64,000 nucleotides of DNA, from assembly GCA_037129835.1 (NCBI GenBank), contig JBAXUE010000001.1:90085-154084 (forward strand), written 5' to 3'. A model generated the notes under the pieces. It saw only the letters and a program-made list of their open reading frames with translations, made no database searches and was not told the DNA's origin. How positions within the stretch are numbered: the first letter of the stretch is position 1; each line of letters starts with the position of its first letter. Below are positions 58,034-64,000 of this stretch, in pieces. Source of the stretch: a bacterium (GTDB lineage: Bacteria; Patescibacteriota; CPR2; UBA1875; CAIMLA01). Made by a program: the position numbers and the translations under genes.

Positions 58034-58849
58034 ATGGTAACGGCACAAAAAAAAGTAAAAACAAGAAGTAAACCCGTATCGACGACAGAAACGACTTCAA
58101 AAGAAAGTGGTCAAATACGCTCATTTAGTGTTTTATTAAGCGGTTCTTGGCAGATTTTCAAGCGCTCTTTTGTAAATTATCTTTTACTGCTACTAGTAGC
58201 AGTGGGTCTAGTGGGAACAATTATCATTATAACTTTTTCTTTCACATTTTTTCCTAATTTTAACTCCATGACTACAAATTTGTTTTCTACTCCTGTCGGA
58301 TTAATTCTTATAATTTTTTTAATTTTTTTGTATTACGTAGTCGCTTTGTTTATACCTATCTTTTTCGAATTAGCCATAAAACACATTATTATAACAACAG
58401 GTGAGGGCGAACCAACTGATTTCCGATTATCTCTTAAATATAGTTATAGAAATTTAGGATCATTTTTCTCGGTTTCATTAGTTTCAGGGATTTTATCAAT
58501 AATGGGGTATTATTTGCTAATTATTCCTGGTGTTATCATTTCTATAATTTTAAGTCAGGTGGCTAACGTCTTTGTTCTAGAAAATAGAAATGGACTGAGT
58601 CTGGGGACACTTGATAAAAGTTGCGAGATAACAAAAGGCTATCGTTGGATTGTTTTGGGTAGATATATTTTACTGTATGTATTTTTGTTAAGTCCTTTAT
58701 TAATATCAGCCTTACTTACCCTAGTATCACCGGTAATGACTATAATTTTTTTCGTGGTATTTGTCTGCACAATTATTTCGTTTTCACCCATTACGACTGC
58801 CTTCAACTATCTTATTTATAAAGATCTCGTTAAGATTCAGTCTAATTAA
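58034..58849 (+). CDS. Polytopic membrane protein
   Basis: About 6 TM helices; LLIIPG and S..ITKG.RW pattern. Confidence 0.72.
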   Translation: MVTAQKKVKTRSKPVSTTETTSKESGQIRSFSVLLSGSWQIFKRSFVNYLLLLLVAVGLVGTIIIITFSFTFFPNFNSMTTNLFSTPVGLILIIFLIFLYYVVALFIPIFFELAIKHIIITTGEGEPTDFRLSLKYSYRNLGSFFSVSLVSGILSIMGYYLLIIPGVIISIILSQVANVFVLENRNGLSLGTLDKSCEITKGYRWIVLGRYILLYVFLLSPLLISALLTLVSPVMTIIFFVVFVCTIISFSPITTAFNYLIYKDLVKIQSN

Positions 58850-58905
58850 TTCACAATTAAAATATTCAAGCTGAAATATTTTATAAATTGGGCTATAATA
58901 GTTCT

Positions 58906-60423
58906 ATGAAAAGGAGGGTATTGCTAGTAATTCTTGATGGCTGGGGTTTGGCTCCGGCCGGCTCAGGCAATGCAATAAGTTTGGCGAGAACGCCAAACTT
59001 TGAGTATTACTGGTCCAATTTTTTGCATACAAAATTATCTGCCTCAGGAGAGGCAGTCGGTTTGCCAGTTGGGCAAATGGGAAATTCTGAGGTTGGGCAC
59101 TTGAATATTGGTTCAGGAAGAGCGGTTTTACAAGATTTACCTCGTATTACTAAAAGTATTAAAGACGGCGATTTTTTTCATAATAAGTCACTGTTGGGTG
59201 CTTTTGCAAGCGCTAAAGCAGCGGGGAGCTCTCTCCATTTGCTGGGTTTGGTAAGTCCTGGTGGTGTACATTCTCACCAGGAACATCTATATGCCTTATT
59301 GGAAATGGCAAAACAAGAGAAAGTTCACAATGTTTTTGTCCATGTATTTACTGACGGTCGTGACGTTAAGCCAAAGTCAGCATTGAAATATGTACAAAAT
59401 TTAGAAAAAACAATGAAAGACATTGGAGTGGGCACCATCGCAACTGTTTCTGGGCGATATTATTCTATGGACAGAGACAATAGGTGGAACCGTATTCAGT
59501 CTGCTTATGACGCAATAGTTTCGTGCCAGGGCGAGTTAGCAGATTCTGCAGAAGAAGCAATAGAGAGGAGTTATAAAGTGGGTATCACTGATGAATTTAT
59601 CAGACCTACGATTATTGACAAGGAAGGAACAATAAAAAACGGTGATAGTGTTATTTTTTTCAATTTTAGGTCAGATAGACCCAGAGAGCTTTGCCATGCA
59701 CTCCTGGATACGAAATTTAAGAGCTTTATCCCACATCAGCAACTTAAAAATTTATATTTTGTAACAATGGCGGATTATGACCCTTCTATACCAGTTAGCG
59801 CCGTGGCCTTTCCCTCTGTTGATGTCTCTAACACTTTGAGTGAAACAATTTCTCAATATGGTTTAGAACAATTTCATATTGCAGAAACCGAAAAATATGC
59901 ACATGTTACATTTTATTTTAACGGTGGCAAAGAAAAGCCGGTAGTCGGAGAAGAAAGATTGCTTGTTCCTTCTCCTCAAGTTTCTACTTATGATCTTAGG
60001 CCTAAAATGAGCATTGGCAAAGTAGAAGAAGAGCTTTTACAGAGGATTGGATCATACGATTTTATAGTAGTTAATTTTGCCAATCCGGATATGGTTGGGC
60101 ATACGGGTAAATTGAAACCCGCTATTGAGGCCTGTGAGTACGTTGATGAAGCGTTAGGGCGCGTGGTCCGGGCAGCACAAAAAGAAGATTATACGATTTT
60201 AGTGACGGCAGACCATGGCAACATAGAAAAAATGTTGAACAGTGACGGGACCCCCAATACGGCTCACACCACAGACAAAGTTCCTTTTATTTTAATAACT
60301 CAAGATGATTGCATAATAAAGAAAGTTGTTGAACCGAAGCTATCGAATATCGCTCCAACCATACTTTCTATTATGGGCTTACCAAAACCAAAGGAAATGA
60401 GCGCGAGCTTATTAGTGGAGTAA
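58906..60423 (+). CDS. gpmI: 2,3-BPG-independent phosphoglycerate mutase
   Basis: ILDGWG, GNSEVGH, ETEKYAHVT, DMVGHTG, ADHGN; leaderless ATG 58906. Confidence 0.96.
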   Translation: MKRRVLLVILDGWGLAPAGSGNAISLARTPNFEYYWSNFLHTKLSASGEAVGLPVGQMGNSEVGHLNIGSGRAVLQDLPRITKSIKDGDFFHNKSLLGAFASAKAAGSSLHLLGLVSPGGVHSHQEHLYALLEMAKQEKVHNVFVHVFTDGRDVKPKSALKYVQNLEKTMKDIGVGTIATVSGRYYSMDRDNRWNRIQSAYDAIVSCQGELADSAEEAIERSYKVGITDEFIRPTIIDKEGTIKNGDSVIFFNFRSDRPRELCHALLDTKFKSFIPHQQLKNLYFVTMADYDPSIPVSAVAFPSVDVSNTLSETISQYGLEQFHIAETEKYAHVTFYFNGGKEKPVVGEERLLVPSPQVSTYDLRPKMSIGKVEEELLQRIGSYDFIVVNFANPDMVGHTGKLKPAIEACEYVDEALGRVVRAAQKEDYTILVTADHGNIEKMLNSDGTPNTAHTTDKVPFILITQDDCIIKKVVEPKLSNIAPTILSIMGLPKPKEMSASLLVE

Positions 60424-60425
60424 AT

Positions 60426-61406
60426 ATGTTTGATATTGTTACAATCGGTGGAGCTTCAAGGGATGTTTTTTTTATGACTGACAAGGGAAGAGTAATAAAT
60501 GACTTAGTTCACCATCAGAAAATTCTCGGCTTTGAGCATGGATCAAAAGTAATCCCAAATGATAGTAAATTTACATATGGCGGCGGTGGCTTAAATGCCG
60601 CAGTTAGTTTTGTGAAACTTGGTCTAAGTGTTTCGACCCTTCTTAATATTGGTAGTGAGGGGAGTGGTAGCCTTATTATTAACAGTCTTCATAGCTATGG
60701 AGTAGATATTGAGCACGTCAATCGAGATTATGTTAACCATACGGCTATGTCTATAATCATCAGTATCCCCGGTGAAGACCATATTATGTTCTTATATCGT
60801 GGGGCCAATGATTTTCTTAAAGTTCACGATTGGAGACCCTTACGAGCTAAATGGTTTTATGTCGCATCTCTTACCGGTGATTCGGCGGATCTCTTGCCTG
60901 AGATTTTTACATTTGCAAGATCCCAAGGTATAAAAGTGGCTTGGAACCCGGGAAGCGAACAGCTTGCAGGCGGGTATTCAGATTTGAGCAGTTTTTTAGA
61001 GGAGACTGCAATTCTTTCTTTGAACCGTTCAGAAGCCGAAGAATTGGTCCGTAGTAGGAAAAGAATTAAGCTCGGTGATGAAAAGTTATTACTTCGTGAA
61101 TTGTATAATATGACAAAAGGCTTAGTTGTAATCACTGATGGTAAAAATGGTAGTTATGCGACTGATGGAGAAAAAGAATATTATATGCCTGCTAGTACGT
61201 ATCATAAAGTATTGGAAACAACTGGAGCTGGAGACGCATTTGGTTCAACTTTTGTGGCTATGAAATTATTGGGCTATGGGACAAAGCATTCCATGAAAGC
61301 GGCGGCTTTTAATGCAGGAAGTGTTATCGAGCACATAGGAGCACAGGATGGGCTAATGACTTTTAACGAATTAAGCGCTAAAATAGAGTCTAAGAACAAT
61401 GGATAA
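60426..61406 (+). CDS. PfkB/ribokinase-family carbohydrate kinase
   Basis: GGGGLNAA, WNPG, N.SEA, TTGAGDAF. Confidence 0.9.
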   Translation: MFDIVTIGGASRDVFFMTDKGRVINDLVHHQKILGFEHGSKVIPNDSKFTYGGGGLNAAVSFVKLGLSVSTLLNIGSEGSGSLIINSLHSYGVDIEHVNRDYVNHTAMSIIISIPGEDHIMFLYRGANDFLKVHDWRPLRAKWFYVASLTGDSADLLPEIFTFARSQGIKVAWNPGSEQLAGGYSDLSSFLEETAILSLNRSEAEELVRSRKRIKLGDEKLLLRELYNMTKGLVVITDGKNGSYATDGEKEYYMPASTYHKVLETTGAGDAFGSTFVAMKLLGYGTKHSMKAAAFNAGSVIEHIGAQDGLMTFNELSAKIESKNNG

Positions 61407-61435
61407 ATATATATTAATTTTCGCGATGAGGAAAG

Positions 61436-61909
61436 ATGGATAAACAGCAAACAATTATCACAATCACAATTATGGTCATAGTTGTTATTTTATCGTTTGT
61501 TGGTTCATATTTTGCTGCAAATATGGGCTATCAAACTAAAGTAGACGAGTTGACGAAAGCAAGGGATAAAAAAGCTCAAGAAAACATAGCCATTGTTGCT
61601 AAACAGGATACAAATCTATTCGTACCTATCGATTTGGTGAAAACATTTATGTCTGAAGTAAAGGCGAACAACGATGGAAACGCAAGACTATATTTGTCGG
61701 CTAAAGTCCAAAATATGGATATTAAAAATACTCTTAAGCTTGGTGATGATTTAAATAACCTGATTTTCGGGACACCAACAGAAACCCCAAATGGCGAGGG
61801 CTATAAAGTGTCGATGGATTTTGTAGTTGGAACAGATGGTGCCAAAAGAGCCTTTGTTCTAATCAAAGAAGGCGGACTGTGGAAAATAAGTGAGATTATT
61901 GCTGAATAA
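61436..61909 (+). CDS. Membrane-anchored hypothetical protein (NTF2-like end)
   Basis: N-terminal TM; LIKEGGLWKI. Confidence 0.7.
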   Translation: MDKQQTIITITIMVIVVILSFVGSYFAANMGYQTKVDELTKARDKKAQENIAIVAKQDTNLFVPIDLVKTFMSEVKANNDGNARLYLSAKVQNMDIKNTLKLGDDLNNLIFGTPTETPNGEGYKVSMDFVVGTDGAKRAFVLIKEGGLWKISEIIAE

Positions 61910-62737
61910 ATGGGCAAGAGGCGATATTATGGTAATAAAAATTCTTTTTCTGCGACGCAGAAAAAGAATTTCATGTTTTTTTTAGTAATTATATTTTCAT
62001 TATTTGTCATTATTTATAGCGTTTACTATTTTATGGCCCAGAAGCCTGGTAGCGGACAAAAAATAGTCAGCAAGATTCAAACAGGCGATCAACCGTTAAC
62101 AAAAGAATTAGTAGTTTTTATCAATGCAGACGGTGGACTTAGCTTACGGAATGATCGTAGTACTACTTCTAAGAGACTTGCTCTAATCCCGAATGGTACT
62201 AAACTAACAATTACGCAAGAGTTGGATGGTTGGTACAAAGTATTATATGAAAGTAAAGAAGGATGGATTTCAAAACAATATACAACCACAAATGCACCAC
62301 CGGAGGATCCAACCAAAGATTGGCAAATATACAGTTCTGCTTCAGGTTACAAAATCAAATATCAGCCAGGCTGGAAAGCCCAAGATTACGGCAATAATGA
62401 GTCCTTGGCAACCACCTCAATAGTTGCTTTTAGCAACCAGGATCTGCCATCTACAATTCCCGCTGGAAGTGATTTTATAGCCCCTATAATTGTTAAAATA
62501 TTGACAAAAAATATTGATGATATTACAAAAGAATATACTTCTATGTCTGGAGTTCAAATTGAAGCAATCACGGTTGCTGGTAAACCCGGGCAAAAGTACA
62601 CATATATGATGCTTAGTACAAACACGCAGGTGACAGCAGTAATCTTAAATACAGGTCCCCAGGTTTTTATTCTTTCTGAGGCGGGCGGTTATGGAGACGA
62701 TTTGCTTAAAATGTTAAACACACTTACAATAGGATAA
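61910..62737 (+). CDS. Membrane-anchored SH3b plus PsbP-like protein
   Basis: GGLSLR...IPNGT...WYKV....GWIS..Y; W..Y....GY.IKYQPGW. Confidence 0.75.
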   Translation: MGKRRYYGNKNSFSATQKKNFMFFLVIIFSLFVIIYSVYYFMAQKPGSGQKIVSKIQTGDQPLTKELVVFINADGGLSLRNDRSTTSKRLALIPNGTKLTITQELDGWYKVLYESKEGWISKQYTTTNAPPEDPTKDWQIYSSASGYKIKYQPGWKAQDYGNNESLATTSIVAFSNQDLPSTIPAGSDFIAPIIVKILTKNIDDITKEYTSMSGVQIEAITVAGKPGQKYTYMMLSTNTQVTAVILNTGPQVFILSEAGGYGDDLLKMLNTLTIG

Positions 62738-62747
62738 AAGAGGGAAA

Positions 62748-63680
62748 ATGGCAGACACTATCGATTCAGCAGGCAGTTTAGGCACAAGTGCTGACCAACC
62801 AGTAGTGGGTGGTCTTTCTTCTCAACCCTCTCAACCTATGCAGGATATTGATTTAACGAAATCTACTACACCCACTCCGGTATCGGTATCGACTGAATCA
62901 TCTCAAGTGCCACAACCTGTACAGCCGGTGGTAACGACAGAAACTCCTGCACCGGTCGATAGATTCTATGATGGCTTTTCTCCTTCTGGCGCCGTAAAAA
63001 TTAATTTAGCTTCAGGTGTTTCTTCTGGACCGGAAGTTTTATTGCCGCCAAAAGAAGACCCGCAAATAGAAACAACGATTACGGCTAATGAAAGTGATCC
63101 TCTTGATAGCCTTAATAACTCAGGCATTGAACAAAATCTTCCTAGTATAGAAACCCCCACTACTGGCTTTGAGACAACGCCTGCTACAGACAAGCCTATT
63201 TCTCAGCTTGCTTCTTCGGGTGTACAGAGCGTTCCTAGTTCTAGACTTCCACAAAGCAGCGGATTTAATAATATGCCAATAAGTGTTGGTGTAGACTCTA
63301 TTGCACCACAGCTACCGCCAACGCCTTATGATAATCAAGGTGTTGTCGACGTTTCGAATCCAATTAATCTCCGTGGACTTTTGGTTATAGTCGCTATAGG
63401 TGCGGGAATAGCTTTACTCGGTAGCGCAATAATCTATTTTACAATCAGCTATTTTAATGATGCTAACTTAAAAAAGCTGATTGATGAGTTAGCAAACGAG
63501 AATAGCAATAATGAGAGATTGATAAAACCACCATCGCCACTTGTCAACCCAAATGTAACGCCAACGCCAACACCAGAACCAACGCCAACGCCAGAACCGA
63601 CGGCTACACCAGAACCAACGCCAACGCCAAATATTATTATAGTGGACCCCGCAAAAATAACTGGTGATGGTACGGGTTAG
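62748..63680 (+). CDS. Low-complexity single-pass membrane protein with PT repeats
   Basis: S/P/T-rich N-terminus, TM, (TP/EP)n tail. Confidence 0.7.
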   Translation: MADTIDSAGSLGTSADQPVVGGLSSQPSQPMQDIDLTKSTTPTPVSVSTESSQVPQPVQPVVTTETPAPVDRFYDGFSPSGAVKINLASGVSSGPEVLLPPKEDPQIETTITANESDPLDSLNNSGIEQNLPSIETPTTGFETTPATDKPISQLASSGVQSVPSSRLPQSSGFNNMPISVGVDSIAPQLPPTPYDNQGVVDVSNPINLRGLLVIVAIGAGIALLGSAIIYFTISYFNDANLKKLIDELANENSNNERLIKPPSPLVNPNVTPTPTPEPTPTPEPTATPEPTPTPNIIIVDPAKITGDGTG

Positions 63681-63696
63681 AAATAATGGAGGGATT

Positions 63697-64000
63697 TTGA
63701 AAGATATATTACAGCCCAAATCAGTAGCAATTATTGGAGCGTCTTCTCATCCTGAGAAGATCGGTTTTTCAGTATTAAAAAATATTATCGACGGGGGTTT
63801 TCAAGGAAGAATTATTCCTATTAATCCTGCTTCTGATAATATTTTAGGTCTCAATTGTCTGCCTAGTGTCTCTGAGATCCGGGGAGTTTGCGATCTTGCC
63901 GTTATTGTAGTCCCGGCAAAAATTGTGCCTGAAGTTTTGACCGAATGCGGTAAGAAACGAATAAGAACAGCAATAATTATTTCTGCGGGCTTTGCGGAGG
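63697..64000 (+). CDS. Acetate--CoA ligase (ADP-forming) family CoA-binding protein, truncated by the window end
   Basis: TTG after SD GGAGGG; PKSVAIIGAS..PEKIG...PINP...DLAVIVVP...ISAGFAE. Confidence 0.85.
   Translation, partial: MKDILQPKSVAIIGASSHPEKIGFSVLKNIIDGGFQGRIIPINPASDNILGLNCLPSVSEIRGVCDLAVIVVPAKIVPEVLTECGKKRIRTAIIISAGFAE

Noticed and set aside
56557-63632. Tandem ~18-nt repeats at ~56560-56650 and ~63556-63630 as CRISPR arrays
   Set aside because: In-frame Pro/Thr linkers with no unique spacers and no cas genes in the window
2776-63719. Many short antisense or out-of-frame ORFs inside long genes (e.g. 4531..4902, 48864..49460, 54317..54679)
   Set aside because: Shadow ORFs of well-supported genes with no motifs of their own
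1-64000. Stop-codon reassignment (code 25)
   Set aside because: Conserved genes are intact under code 11 and TGA ends genes at expected positions (e.g. tsaE, tpiA)

Overview
AT-rich bacterial window using genetic code 11. Its content fits a Patescibacteria/CPR-type fermentative organism (inference from DUF5663-like and Trm11-like genes, an orphan sortase, low-complexity surface proteins and many leaderless genes). Recognisable parts: tsaE-tsaB, rny-ymdB, hup, seven tRNAs, dgkA with a PAP2 phosphatase, three ABC systems, a thioredoxin, a stand-alone response regulator, an acyl-CoA ligase, and a glycolysis cluster (gap-pgk-tpiA-fba-ppsA-eno-gpmI-pfkB-acetate-CoA ligase) interleaved with membrane proteins. 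The best candidates for new biology are: (1) an overlapping methyltransferase / LuxI-FeeM-like acyltransferase / multi-TM histidine kinase operon that looks like a signal synthase plus receptor module; (2) an accessory block behind an HTH-Doc pair encoding a CX8CX2C radical SAM enzyme, a PRTase-like protein, CYTH, an NMP kinase, NDT, APH-GrpB and HD proteins; (3) a ~540-nt highly structured locus at 26.5-27.05 kb with its own promoter and terminator. All calls come from motif recognition by eye; no searches were run.
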